The notes below the pieces were generated by a model. The model was not told where the DNA came from. It searched no databases and saw only the letters and a list, made by a program, of their open reading frames with translations. Made by a program: the position numbers and the translations under genes. DNA of 64,000 bases, from IMG/VR virus record IMGVR_UViG_3300042455_001086, positions 186,001-250,000 of that record. One strand, 5' to 3'. Positions 31,160-41,449 of this stretch are shown piece after piece (positions within the stretch are counted from its first letter, which is position 1; the number at the start of each line of letters is the position of its first letter).

Positions 31160-34100
31160 TTAATTAAATTTTACTTTTCCATCAAATGTTTTAAAATCAT
31201 TATTTAGATTTTGTGTCGAATATAAATCGACAATTCTATTATTTTGTTGGCTTGAACCACTTGTCGTTGAGGTATAGTTAAAAATATATTTGTCGGTTTC
31301 GTTTAATGGTGATTCTATTAATGATTTATATTTTTCATCGTCTTTTATTTTAGTATAGGAATCAATAATTTTTTGTGTATAACCATTAAATAATGTAACA
31401 CAAATAGTTATTGCTTTATCTAATTCTTTACTAATTATATCTTTATTTGTGAAAACCTGACTATTCAAAATAAATTCTTTAAGTGAATTTCTTTTAGATT
31501 CACTAAAGAAGGTTTGTGCCATAATCTGATAAAATCTATTTGTTGCATAGTCTTCATCTGTTGTTCCAACACCATTTGTCCAAGTAGCACCAGGAGTCCT
31601 AAAGGTATTATCTCTAAATAGAGCGTCAGATGGATTATAATGATCTTTAGCTAAAAATAAAAATTTATCTTGTTGTATAATATTTGTTGGTTCTTCAAAA
31701 AATGTTTTGTGTTTATCTTCAATTTTTTTATAGTTGTTTTTCAACAATGTAAATATATCAATTGGTGTTGTTTCGGCGGATAAATTATACGCAACCGGTT
31801 TATTTTCCGAATTTAATGAACCATCGGTTTTTGTTAAAATTAGGTTAAGTTTTCTAATATTCTGAATATAGTCTTGCTGGACATTTATAAGATTTGAAAT
31901 ATCGTTATTAAGATTTATTGAAAAATCTGACTGCATTGCTTCAATACTTTGAATTAGTCTTCTTTCAATTTCCTTTTTTTCTGAGTTTTTCAAATTAATA
32001 CTTTTGTCAATCTCTTCCATAAATGGATCTCTTCTTTTTTTAACATCTGAAATTGTTTCACTAAATAATTTATCAACCTTATTTTCTATTTTACTTGGTT
32101 TTCCATATATAGGTAAAGTTGATGAGGTTCCATATTCATCAAATTTACCTTCACTAAAATTTCTTTCATAGAATAATAAATAAACAATCCCAACATTAAA
32201 ATTTTTAGATAGGGTTATATGAGTATCAATTACAGTATCAAAATATTCTTTTGTTTTATTCCAAGTTTCATTTAATTGTTTTGTATAATCAATTTGTGTT
32301 TCGGATAAAATTGTTCCAATTGTATTTCCACCTTTTTTCGGTTGTATGTTTTCAACCTCGGCTGTTGTCACCGGTGGTTGTTGTGATAATATTTTCTCAA
32401 CAACATATTTGTCTCTAGCACTAACATCTTCAGTTGCTGTTGCTCTTTCATCATAAATTTCAGTATTTGCATAAAAATTAAATGAAAGTGCATTTTGTAA
32501 TTCCTCAACAGGTTGTTTTAATCCGTGACCACCAATAAAGTCAAAACCTAATGTAACTTTAACTATCATAGGTTGAACACCAATTCCTTCTGGATTTAAA
32601 TCATATTTAGCTTCTTCATATGCAAATGATAAGTTGCTAGGAACTATTTTACTATGGTAAAAATCCCCAACTCTTAATACTAAAATTGGTGGAGCACCAA
32701 ATGCTGTATTTAAAGCATCATTATATTTTGGTCTTCCATCGGCACCAATAATTGGTATTGTTTGTCCAGGTCTAACACATTGATTTAAAAATGTTAATCT
32801 ACCATTTAAACCTTCAGGTGTCATTGAATGGAAGGCCGGATTAAAATATTTAATCTTGTCTTTTAATGATTGAAAAATCATTGGGTCGGATTGTTTTAAC
32901 ACCTCAAAATAATCACATTCTGAAAATAAAGTTCTTAAAACTTTTTTAGATATACCATCTTTTATTTTTTGTTCTACCGTTATGTTTGGTGATGGTTTGA
33001 CTGTTTGTGCCGGATTAGTTTGAACATTTTCAACAACTTTCTTTTTTTCATCATTTTGTGGATCTGGCTCTTTATTTCCACCACCACCTTCTTTTTTTAC
33101 AGGTTCTTTTGCTTTAATGTTTTTAATCGTAACTCTTCTACAAGCCATAGCGGGTATTGAATATATCTCAGCAGCAGATGTAGTCTTATATGTGTTTCCA
33201 ACTTTTATATTCAAATTTGCATTACAATTTACACTATCTGATAATACACCTTGTTCACCAGACCCAACAACTGTAGGTCCACTTACCGCTTCGGCACTTG
33301 ATTTTGGTATCACAATTTCCTCACCTCTTGGATCTCCCTTTATAATAAGTTTTTTATTTGTGACATAGTCTTCAAAAGACTTACCATTTTTATCTTGTTG
33401 TTTTTTAAACCATTGAATTACTGAATCAATTCTTCTTTCTGATAATGTTTTATTATATGCTGGTGTTTGTACGGCTGATGCTGAACCAACCAAATCTATT
33501 GATACTTCACCACCATTTAATAAAATTTCACCAATTTTAGTTAAAAGATCACCTTTAATTTTATTGAAATTACCTTCAACAACTTGTGTAAAAAAGTTTG
33601 GAATACCAGCTTTACTCCATTCTTTATATGTTGTCCCTTCTTTGGTGTATGTAATTGCTGGTGCCGATGTATCATATTTACCTTTATTTCCGATATACCC
33701 ATCATACCAACTATCATATGGTTGGCTGGCGGTTTTACTCCAACTACCTTTACATTCAGGACAATCATTATCAAAATAAAATCCGTAGTTAATAAATTCA
33801 TCTAATGGAATATCTTTTATTGTGTCTGTTGTATTTTCTTTAGTTTTTGAACCACCACCGGTAGTAGCATTATCAGCACCAGTTGCATTGTTTTTTGCTT
33901 TATCTTCTTCTTCTGGTTTTTTTGGGATTTCAAAAGCAACTTGTCCTAATTCTTCTGATGTTAATCTTGGATTATTTAGGATTTGTTGATAGGTAAATAA
34001 ATCTCTTGTTGGAATTGTATTAAATTTAATACCTAATTCGTATAAATCATATTTTACACATCCAGCAAAAAAAGAATTAAGTATTGAGTCGACCAATTCT

Positions 34101-36211
34101 GGGTCAGCCTTTTTTAATTGTTTTTGGACAATTGTATTCATTACGGCTGGGTGATCCACAATTATTTTCCAGCTTAAACTTCCTTTTCTTGTTGTGTTTT
34201 TATATGTGTATATTGGTTCTGGTCTCCCTAAAAAAGATGTCTTATTAAATTCTGGCGAACTATCATCAGAAAATGTTAAATCGTAAGGTGGGAACCACAT
34301 AATTCTACCACCATTCGGTCCTCTTTCACAAACTGGTAAATCATCATATGTGAATCCAGGTCTATCTGATGTTCTCCAAGCAAGATTCTCAATTGAGAAC
34401 ATATATTTTTTTACTTTATTATCAACAATATTCGTTGATCCAGGATTTTTAAGTGGTGCAATATTCAAGTTGTATGTATTATCAAATATTGAATAAGAAA
34501 ACCCTCTACCTGTTTTTGTTATACCATCTGATTTTTGTAAATCGGCATAAGTGTAATATGGCGTATCTTTTGTAAAAACTCTACAATATTCAATCCCAAC
34601 TGAAGTATTGTCAGCATTGTCTTTGTAGGATAATACTTGTGAGCCTTTTGTTAGTTCTTTGTATCCATCATTAAATACTTTTGATACTTGGTTGATTGCG
34701 TTTCCAACATGTTTTAGTCTTGATAAACCGGTAACTTTGTCGGCAGATTCAACTAGTCTTTGTGTGTCGTCCAATATTGATCCTTCTTTGAAGGGAATCG
34801 TTGTTGATTGGTAACCTTGGTAATCTGCTCGTATTGTCTCAAATTGTTGATCTAAAGATGTTACTTTACCATTACGACCTTGTTTAAAACCTGCGTTGTC
34901 TTTATATTTCGGTGATGTCCAAACAAATTGTCCGGATATACCACCCCCATCACTAAGTGATTTACCCTTTAAACCATTTAATAATTTACTTTCATTTCCT
35001 TCATATAAAATACCCAATTCTTGTGGTCCATAAACAATTGTGTTAATTTGTTTTCCACCTGGTCCTACTGGTATTTGATTTGCTGGTGAGTCAATCTGTG
35101 ATGGTTCGGCTTCAGGGCTTCCAACATAATAACCACCAGTATTTGGTTTGTTTGGGTCTAAAATTCTATCAAGACCAGTTGTAATACTTTGTAATGGTCC
35201 TCTTACATATTTTGGTCTATATTTATTATAATCAAGAGATGAAAATAAAATTGATCTTTGTCCATTTCCGGTATTGGCAACAAATGTTTCTGAAGGATTT
35301 CTAAAAACATCAAGTATTGGTCCTAATAAACCACCAGTAACACCATTTACAACATTTAATGCTTTTTCAAGTTTTGGTGCTTGGAAATTAATGTCGTTAA
35401 AATAATCACCTGGGATTGTTGATGTTGGAAAATAAGTTCCTGATAATCTTAAACCAAATTCAACGGCAGCTTCAACTGGACTTTCAGATTGTGTTATTGT
35501 CCAGTTTTTATCAATAAAGGGTTCTTTACCTGCAGCAACCAAACTAGCACTAAAAGGATCTTCTAAAGAATCTAAATTTAATCTACCAATTGTTTTCTTT
35601 TTAAGTTGATCGGCAATTCTCTCCTCAAACGCACTCTTTAATTGTTGTGCTCCCAATCTAGCAAGGTATGTATCTTGAGATAATGAACCATTAGATCCAG
35701 ATGGATTTTGATTAAAAATTAAATCATATGTCTTATAAGTTGAAGCAACAAAGGATGATGGATCCCAATATGGTTGATAAAGTTTTGGATTTCCAACAAC
35801 ATCAGTAATTACCACTAAATCGGAATAACCACCTTGAGGTCCATAAATATTTTGAACATATGCCGCATCAATAAAAAATTCATTAATTAAGTCAAGAGTG
35901 GTGTCGTTTGGATCATAAGGTCCCGAATTTGAATCAACAGGATATGGTGACCCTGGTATTGAGTATTTTCCATTAAAACCACCTTCTGGTCCATATTCGT
36001 TTAATGGATATAATGTATTTGCAAATTGATTTGTGGATATTAAAGTATCTGATGAATCAATTACACTTGTTACTGTTAAATTTGTTTCATAATTTACATT
36101 AGTTGATGGGCTTGAGAATACACCTGGAACCGTATATGGTTTTAAGTTTCTAGCAATCAATTGATTTCTAAAACTTGATGAATTTGCAAACGACAATAAA
36201 CTTTCAGCCAT
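31160..36211 (-). CDS. Large tail-tube-initiator-like protein (1683 aa) with inserted OmpA-like domain
   Basis: Tube-initiator-like FLGRPEPIYTYKNTTRKGSLSWKIIVD and APPILVLRVGDFYHSK...QPMIVKVTLGF flank GSAS...YNKTLSERRIDSV...RGEE...CRRVTI; lies between tape measure and gp53-like genes. Confidence 0.6.
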   Translation of the reverse strand: MAESLLSFANSSSFRNQLIARNLKPYTVPGVFSSPSTNVNYETNLTVTSVIDSSDTLISTNQFANTLYPLNEYGPEGGFNGKYSIPGSPYPVDSNSGPYDPNDTTLDLINEFFIDAAYVQNIYGPQGGYSDLVVITDVVGNPKLYQPYWDPSSFVASTYKTYDLIFNQNPSGSNGSLSQDTYLARLGAQQLKSAFEERIADQLKKKTIGRLNLDSLEDPFSASLVAAGKEPFIDKNWTITQSESPVEAAVEFGLRLSGTYFPTSTIPGDYFNDINFQAPKLEKALNVVNGVTGGLLGPILDVFRNPSETFVANTGNGQRSILFSSLDYNKYRPKYVRGPLQSITTGLDRILDPNKPNTGGYYVGSPEAEPSQIDSPANQIPVGPGGKQINTIVYGPQELGILYEGNESKLLNGLKGKSLSDGGGISGQFVWTSPKYKDNAGFKQGRNGKVTSLDQQFETIRADYQGYQSTTIPFKEGSILDDTQRLVESADKVTGLSRLKHVGNAINQVSKVFNDGYKELTKGSQVLSYKDNADNTSVGIEYCRVFTKDTPYYTYADLQKSDGITKTGRGFSYSIFDNTYNLNIAPLKNPGSTNIVDNKVKKYMFSIENLAWRTSDRPGFTYDDLPVCERGPNGGRIMWFPPYDLTFSDDSSPEFNKTSFLGRPEPIYTYKNTTRKGSLSWKIIVDHPAVMNTIVQKQLKKADPELVDSILNSFFAGCVKYDLYELGIKFNTIPTRDLFTYQQILNNPRLTSEELGQVAFEIPKKPEEEDKAKNNATGADNATTGGGSKTKENTTDTIKDIPLDEFINYGFYFDNDCPECKGSWSKTASQPYDSWYDGYIGNKGKYDTSAPAITYTKEGTTYKEWSKAGIPNFFTQVVEGNFNKIKGDLLTKIGEILLNGGEVSIDLVGSASAVQTPAYNKTLSERRIDSVIQWFKKQQDKNGKSFEDYVTNKKLIIKGDPRGEEIVIPKSSAEAVSGPTVVGSGEQGVLSDSVNCNANLNIKVGNTYKTTSAAEIYSIPAMACRRVTIKNIKAKEPVKKEGGGGNKEPDPQNDEKKKVVENVQTNPAQTVKPSPNITVEQKIKDGISKKVLRTLFSECDYFEVLKQSDPMIFQSLKDKIKYFNPAFHSMTPEGLNGRLTFLNQCVRPGQTIPIIGADGRPKYNDALNTAFGAPPILVLRVGDFYHSKIVPSNLSFAYEEAKYDLNPEGIGVQPMIVKVTLGFDFIGGHGLKQPVEELQNALSFNFYANTEIYDERATATEDVSARDKYVVEKILSQQPPVTTAEVENIQPKKGGNTIGTILSETQIDYTKQLNETWNKTKEYFDTVIDTHITLSKNFNVGIVYLLFYERNFSEGKFDEYGTSSTLPIYGKPSKIENKVDKLFSETISDVKKRRDPFMEEIDKSINLKNSEKKEIERRLIQSIEAMQSDFSINLNNDISNLINVQQDYIQNIRKLNLILTKTDGSLNSENKPVAYNLSAETTPIDIFTLLKNNYKKIEDKHKTFFEEPTNIIQQDKFLFLAKDHYNPSDALFRDNTFRTPGATWTNGVGTTDEDYATNRFYQIMAQTFFSESKRNSLKEFILNSQVFTNKDIISKELDKAITICVTLFNGYTQKIIDSYTKIKDDEKYKSLIESPLNETDKYIFNYTSTTSGSSQQNNRIVDLYSTQNLNNDFKTFDGKVKFN

Positions 36212-36261
36212 ATCCTATTTTAAAATAAATACAAAAAAAATTGATTTTATAACTCAAAATA

Positions 36262-38256
36262 TTAAATACCGCTAGTTACTTTTTTAATACCTGCATCAAG
36301 TTCTAATAAATTTTTTGGGTCGTTTTTTAATTTATCTATTATCACATTATATAATTCTGGTGGAGCATTTTTTAAAGAACCATCTGAATTTGTAATATCA
36401 ATTTTTTGTTGAACATTAAAATTTTGATCTGTTTTGGTTTCCAGAAGTGTTGTAGCTTTACTGACAAATTCTTTAATTTGTGTTATATAACTTGTGCTAA
36501 CTTCAGACTCGGTAATTGGTTGAAGTCCACCAATACCACCATATATTCCAGATACTCTTGCAGCACCTTGTTTAATACCACTTTCAGCTCCTTCTAATGC
36601 ACCCATAGTCAAACCAAAAACTCTACTCATTAAATTTTTTGGTATATCATTTAGTGTGTCCGATATTCTTGTAATATTTTCAGAAGAAAGACCACCTTCT
36701 GTGAATAAAGAAACTATAGAACTTTCAACTGGTGATGTAATATCAGTGACAGCACCTCTCACATCTTTAGTTTTTACTTTACCATATAGGTTTTCCATTG
36801 CAGATTCTCTAATAGCCAAGTTAGCTTCAGCTGCTCTTTGTAATGTTCCAGAACTTGCAACACCCATTCTTGCGGATAATTCAGTACCTTTCAAAATACC
36901 TTCAATTCTTTCTTGGACGGAAAGCTGATCTCTTGCAATTTCTTCAGCTGATTTATTTTGATTCGCTTGTTCTTTTTTTAGTTCTTCTAACTGATTAGCC
37001 GTTAAATCCTCAACCGCAACTTCTTTTTTCTCACCTGTCTCATCTGTAATCTGAACAACAGCTCTACCGTCTTTCATTTGAGACATATTAGCAATTAACA
37101 TTCTATCTTCTTCACTAGCCGCAAAACTTGGAAATCTAATTTGTTTTAATTTCATATCCAAATCAGAACTTTTGATTGCCATACCTGCCAACTCGTCGGC
37201 ACTCATACCAAGTTCTTTTGCAACTTCTCTTAATTGTAATTTAGCACCTGGTAAAATTTCAAATCCGGTTCCATCCGCTTTCAACCTTGTAAATTGTTGT
37301 GCAACCTTGGTCATTTCATCTTGGAGTTTTGCTGGGTCGTTAAGAGCCATATCCATAGCTGATAGTGGATCTAATAATTCTGTTGATGTTACACCTAATC
37401 TTTGTAATGCTGAAGTAAATTCAATTGCTGATTCTGGATTTAATAATGAATCCGCTTTTGCGAAAACTTTTTCCATATTAACACCAAGCATTGCTGATTG
37501 TGCTTGCATTTTTGCCAACCCTTGGACTCCGTTTTCAAAATTAAACAAATTAAGTTGTTTTAAATTTCCAACAACTCCGGCTGTAACTTCTTTAACATTA
37601 ACACCAACACTTTTAGCATAATTTGCAACATCGGCCATTTCATCACCAACACTTGATAGTTGTGTTCCTACACTTGAAAACTCTTTGACTAAACTTCCAA
37701 CATCAACACCGGCAAATTTGGATGTCGCGGCCAATTCTACTATGGTTTCATTAGCGATTGATGCGTTTGTTTTAAGTGCGTTTGGAATTTGTATTAATTT
37801 GTCTATTCCCTCACTTGTTGTAAAACCTAATTTTACCATTTCTGGTAAAGTATCGGCTATTGTGGATTTCAACTCACCGGCTCTTGCTCGACCAAGACCC
37901 ATTGTGTTGGCAAGTTTTTGTGACTCAATAATTAACGCATTAACATCATTTTTTACTGTTTCTAAACTAGTAAATGGTGCTGTCGCTCTACCAAGACCTT
38001 CACCTAAATCACTAACAATCCCTGAAAAATCTAAAGCACCTGCCGCTTTATCTGATGGCGTATCACTAACGGTAATTGTTGATGGAGAACTTTTTAATTC
38101 TGTTTTTTCTTTCTTGTTTTCAGCATCCGCCATACCTTGTTTATATGCGGCCTCAACGGCTTTTTTCTGGTCGGAAGATAAATCATTAACAGATTTAATT
38201 GTTGATCCAAAAATACCTTGTGCAAGTTTTAATAATAAACTATCAGTAAGACCCAT
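36262..38256 (-). CDS. Tape measure protein (664 aa)
   Basis: Ala/Leu/Ser-rich helical protein directly downstream of the chaperone and tube genes. Confidence 0.7.
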   Translation of the reverse strand: MGLTDSLLLKLAQGIFGSTIKSVNDLSSDQKKAVEAAYKQGMADAENKKEKTELKSSPSTITVSDTPSDKAAGALDFSGIVSDLGEGLGRATAPFTSLETVKNDVNALIIESQKLANTMGLGRARAGELKSTIADTLPEMVKLGFTTSEGIDKLIQIPNALKTNASIANETIVELAATSKFAGVDVGSLVKEFSSVGTQLSSVGDEMADVANYAKSVGVNVKEVTAGVVGNLKQLNLFNFENGVQGLAKMQAQSAMLGVNMEKVFAKADSLLNPESAIEFTSALQRLGVTSTELLDPLSAMDMALNDPAKLQDEMTKVAQQFTRLKADGTGFEILPGAKLQLREVAKELGMSADELAGMAIKSSDLDMKLKQIRFPSFAASEEDRMLIANMSQMKDGRAVVQITDETGEKKEVAVEDLTANQLEELKKEQANQNKSAEEIARDQLSVQERIEGILKGTELSARMGVASSGTLQRAAEANLAIRESAMENLYGKVKTKDVRGAVTDITSPVESSIVSLFTEGGLSSENITRISDTLNDIPKNLMSRVFGLTMGALEGAESGIKQGAARVSGIYGGIGGLQPITESEVSTSYITQIKEFVSKATTLLETKTDQNFNVQQKIDITNSDGSLKNAPPELYNVIIDKLKNDPKNLLELDAGIKKVTSGI

Positions 38257-38282
38257 ATTAACTTTTTACAATAAATACTTTT

Positions 38283-38447
38283 TTATTGATTTTTTGGTGG
38301 TTGCAAATCTTCCAACAGCTTTTCTACAAGATATTTTCTAACATATGTTGGGATTGACAAAAATTCATTATATTGCATATGTATGTATTTTGCAAGATAA
38401 AAATATTCGTCCAATAAGAATTTTGAGTATTTAGAAGAAAGGCCGAA
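38283..38447 (-). CDS. Alternative-frame extension of the tail assembly chaperone (gpGT-like)
   Basis: Open frame FGLSSKYSKFLLDEYFYLAKYIHMQYNEFLSIPTYVRKYLVEKLLEDLQPPKNQ* starts at the T6C run inside the end of the upstream gene and stops just before the tape measure gene. Confidence 0.6.
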   Translation of the reverse strand, partial: FGLSSKYSKFLLDEYFYLAKYIHMQYNEFLSIPTYVRKYLVEKLLEDLQPPKNQ

Positions 38448-39195
38448 AAAATTCCACCCCAAAGGCGATATTTACATCTACCTTTTCTCCTGACGGGGCT
38501 ATAACAGTTCTTTTAAGATCCAATCTTGGTTCATTTTCTTTCATAAAGGATCTAATAAATTTAGAATCTCTAATCGGCATATTTTGGATGAAGGTAGAAA
38601 TCTTATTTTGGTCTTTATCCCCATTTAATTCAACAATCATTTTTGACAACCTTGTGGTGACAATTGGTGCATTATATCCAACTGGATATAGATCAACAAT
38701 TTTATCAATTTCCATTGTGTCAATTAAACTTAGTAATTTTAATTTGACATGAGCACCAGAAGTTGGTAATACAACTTCAAATAAACCTTCGCTATTTGGT
38801 TGAACTTTTGGTTGAATGATGTTCAACTCATCAAGCATAATTGAGGCTTCAAACGATTTTCCTGTTTTTGGGTCATTTACAACAATGTTATATTCCGGAC
38901 CAAATGATGTGTTTCTCAAAAATAAAAGAACGGCCTCAACATCACCCTCTAATAATTCTTCTGGTCTTATATCTCTTTCGTATAATTTATTTCTTAACAA
39001 AGGAATAATAATTGTTTCCTTTATTGTTTTTGTTCCGTCAATATTTACCAAGATATTTTCATCACTAGCAGTTAAATAACCAACTTTAACTGATTTCTTT
39101 TTTGATGTATAGAAAATACCATTTGATGGTAGTTGGACAATATCGTGTGGTAAATTAAAATCCATTTGTCCGTATGTTACTAAATCTTGATCCAT
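38431..39195 (-). CDS. Tail/baseplate assembly chaperone (T4 gp26-like)
   Basis: VQLPSNGIFY, YLTASDENIL, LLEGDVEAVLLFLRNTSFGPEY, C-terminal FGVEFFRP; upstream of the tape measure gene. Confidence 0.75.
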   Translation of the reverse strand: MDQDLVTYGQMDFNLPHDIVQLPSNGIFYTSKKKSVKVGYLTASDENILVNIDGTKTIKETIIIPLLRNKLYERDIRPEELLEGDVEAVLLFLRNTSFGPEYNIVVNDPKTGKSFEASIMLDELNIIQPKVQPNSEGLFEVVLPTSGAHVKLKLLSLIDTMEIDKIVDLYPVGYNAPIVTTRLSKMIVELNGDKDQNKISTFIQNMPIRDSKFIRSFMKENEPRLDLKRTVIAPSGEKVDVNIAFGVEFFRPFF

Positions 39196-39230
39196 AGTTT
39201 TTTTTATTAAAAAATAAACGAATACTTGAT

Positions 39231-40814
39231 TTAATCAATAGTTAATTCCCAACGAATATTTCCACAATCATATATCCTATAAATTTTTCTATCAAACATA
39301 ATTTGTTTTTCTGTTTTATCTTTATCATAACCCTCTTTCACCAGATTTGATTTATTAAAATTAAATCTATAATGTCTTTTATCACCAATTACATACCAAT
39401 AATTTGGTTTTGATTGTGAAATCATTTTAAAATTTAATTTCTCATACATTTTACCGTCAAAAATTCTAACATCAGAATATGATATTAACTTTTCTGGTTT
39501 ATATGTTGAAACAAAAGACTTTAATAATTTCGATGCCGATCCAATAACATTTGTGTTTATCTTATTACAAAATCTATTTAATTCCCATTCATCTTTTTTT
39601 CCTCCCATAATAATTCTACCTCTTGAAAATGTCATAAGTGATATTAATTCATCATTATGATATAGTCCTAGTTTTACACTTGAATTAACATTTCCCTGGA
39701 TGTGGTTTTCATCTAAAAACTTTTTAGATTCTGGTGTTGATACTTCTTTTATAATACACTTTCTAGCATATATCTTATTTTCACTAATGTTAAGTTTATT
39801 TTTTATAATTGATTTTACAATCTCTTTTTTATATATCCATTCGTCTTCAAAAATATGAACTAAACCAATTCCAAGATTATTACATTTAATCGTCTTTTCC
39901 AAATGATAATTTGGTGATTTAAATAATTCATTATGCCAATATAGACCATTGAACTCAAACCCCATTTTATACTCCGGAATAAATAAATCGACTTCAGCTT
40001 TTGAATTAGGTAATTTATAATTTGTTATGTGTGTGATATTAATCTCGGTTAAAAACTTGGAAATTTCTTCTTCATAACCACTCCTCTGACTAAAACCAAG
40101 CGGGTTACAATTTAAACAACATTCATAATTTCTTTTATGTCGTTCATACAGTAATTGTTTGGGAAGTTCGGATTCATTTTTACAAGTCGGACAAAAAATA
40201 ATAACCGAACCTTTTTTAACTTCCTTAAAACTAATATCTGGATATAAATTTTTAAAATCATTAATTAGTTTGTTTTTGTAATTATTTGATTTTGCATAAT
40301 TATCAACCCCATATTTTAACTCACAAGTTCTTTTTTGTTTATCAACATTATTGTAACTACTATTACCATAATTTATTTCTTTGGTTTTTTTACCCTTTTC
40401 AATATTATTGTAATTTTCATTACCGTATTTTTTTAATTTGGTTTCTTTTTGTTTTTTTATGAAATCATTATGTTGAGTGTAGAAATCAACACCATACTTT
40501 TTATTGAAAGTTTTCTTTTGTCTATTAATTAATTCGTCCTTTGAATTATTTGCACAAGTTAAGGAACAGAAATCACCGTATGGTTTATCAAATCTATTTC
40601 TAAATTTTATTTCATTGCCGCAAGATACGCATTTTGGTCTTTGTGTTAAATTATGAAAATAAAAATATATTTTTTCTTTAAAGGTTATATTGTCTTGGAT
40701 ATTTTTTGAATATTCAACTATTTTTGAATATAATTCTGGTTCATTATTATTTAACCATTTTTCATTGGTTTTATAACCAGATTTATTATTAGTTGTAAAA
40801 AAAGAAAAATCCAT
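39231..40814 (-). CDS. Hef-like free-standing endonuclease: Zn-finger, KYG repeats, Vsr/PD-(D/E)XK nuclease, Mom-like GNAT domain (copy 1)
   Basis: CxxC pairs, KKYGVD, EVDLFIPEYKMGFEFNGLYWH...HIFEDEW, then IYARKC...FLDENHIQG...ELNRFC...SASKLL...SYSD...IYDCG. Confidence 0.75.
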   Translation of the reverse strand: MDFSFFTTNNKSGYKTNEKWLNNNEPELYSKIVEYSKNIQDNITFKEKIYFYFHNLTQRPKCVSCGNEIKFRNRFDKPYGDFCSLTCANNSKDELINRQKKTFNKKYGVDFYTQHNDFIKKQKETKLKKYGNENYNNIEKGKKTKEINYGNSSYNNVDKQKRTCELKYGVDNYAKSNNYKNKLINDFKNLYPDISFKEVKKGSVIIFCPTCKNESELPKQLLYERHKRNYECCLNCNPLGFSQRSGYEEEISKFLTEINITHITNYKLPNSKAEVDLFIPEYKMGFEFNGLYWHNELFKSPNYHLEKTIKCNNLGIGLVHIFEDEWIYKKEIVKSIIKNKLNISENKIYARKCIIKEVSTPESKKFLDENHIQGNVNSSVKLGLYHNDELISLMTFSRGRIIMGGKKDEWELNRFCNKINTNVIGSASKLLKSFVSTYKPEKLISYSDVRIFDGKMYEKLNFKMISQSKPNYWYVIGDKRHYRFNFNKSNLVKEGYDKDKTEKQIMFDRKIYRIYDCGNIRWELTID

Positions 40815-40846
40815 ACATTTACTATTTCTAATAAATATATGGATTT
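40807..40846 (-). promoter_or_regulatory. Translational-repression hairpin covering the endonuclease start codon, with embedded TATTTAT motif
   Basis: RNA AAAUCCAUAUAUUUAUUA-GAAA-UAGUAAAUGUAUGGAUUU: 18 bp (2 G-U) with a GAAA tetraloop; the AUG at 40814 lies in the 3' arm. Confidence 0.7.
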
Positions 40847-40876
40847 ATATTTTGGTTGTAAAGGGTGTGTAAAAAA

Positions 40877-41365
40877 CTAATAAACTAAGATACAACGATC
40901 CATAACAATCGTGGAAGATATTGTTGAAACCTCATCTCCACCATATTTTAAAGATCCCCCATCGTATCCGGTAAGCCAAGCACCTTCAAGAATCCATTTT
41001 TCAACAACAACTCCTGTTGGATCTAACATTTCAAGATCAACATTTTTCTTATATCCAGCGGCATAACCCATACGACCAGTTACAGATTCAGCACAAGTTC
41101 TAATCCATTCCATAATAGCTTGTGTTGCAGACGGTCCGATTGGATCTCTAAATACAACAGGAAGTGATTCCCAATTAAATTTACCAGCAACATAAACCTC
41201 AGTATTTAAGAATGGGATTGGAACTGAATTTATTTTTAATTTTGGTCGTGATGTGCTTTCAACATACCATTCATTTATCCCCAAAGAAGAAGGGAATCTC
41301 AAGATCCACCTATTATTACGTTTAGGTTCGTAAGGGATAGGCATTTTCATTAATAAATCAGCCAT
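40877..41365 (-). CDS. Tail tube protein (T4 gp19-like)
   Basis: YEPKRNNRWIL, SRPK, YVAGKFNWE, YKKNVDLEMLDPTGVVVEKWILEGAW. Confidence 0.9.
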   Translation of the reverse strand: MADLLMKMPIPYEPKRNNRWILRFPSSLGINEWYVESTSRPKLKINSVPIPFLNTEVYVAGKFNWESLPVVFRDPIGPSATQAIMEWIRTCAESVTGRMGYAAGYKKNVDLEMLDPTGVVVEKWILEGAWLTGYDGGSLKYGGDEVSTISSTIVMDRCILVY

Positions 41366-41368
41366 TTT

Positions 41369-41400
41369 TTTGTTTTTTTTAATATTTATGTTTATATTTG
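41369..41400 (+). promoter_or_regulatory. Possible Bacteroidota-type housekeeping promoter
   Basis: TTTG (41369-72)-N20-TATATTTG (41393-400) matches TTTG-N19-21-TAnnTTTG, upstream of the + strand endonuclease; the low-complexity context lowers confidence. Confidence 0.35.
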
Positions 41401-41449
41401 TAAATTATATTATTTACATTACTCATAAATATCTTATAAAGTAAAAAAA

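Noticed and set aside
36406-38341. Plus-strand ORFs (up to 218 aa) opposite the tape measure gene, and similar short antisense ORFs elsewhere
   Set aside because: They are shadows of the real genes' codon pattern, with no motifs or expression signals.
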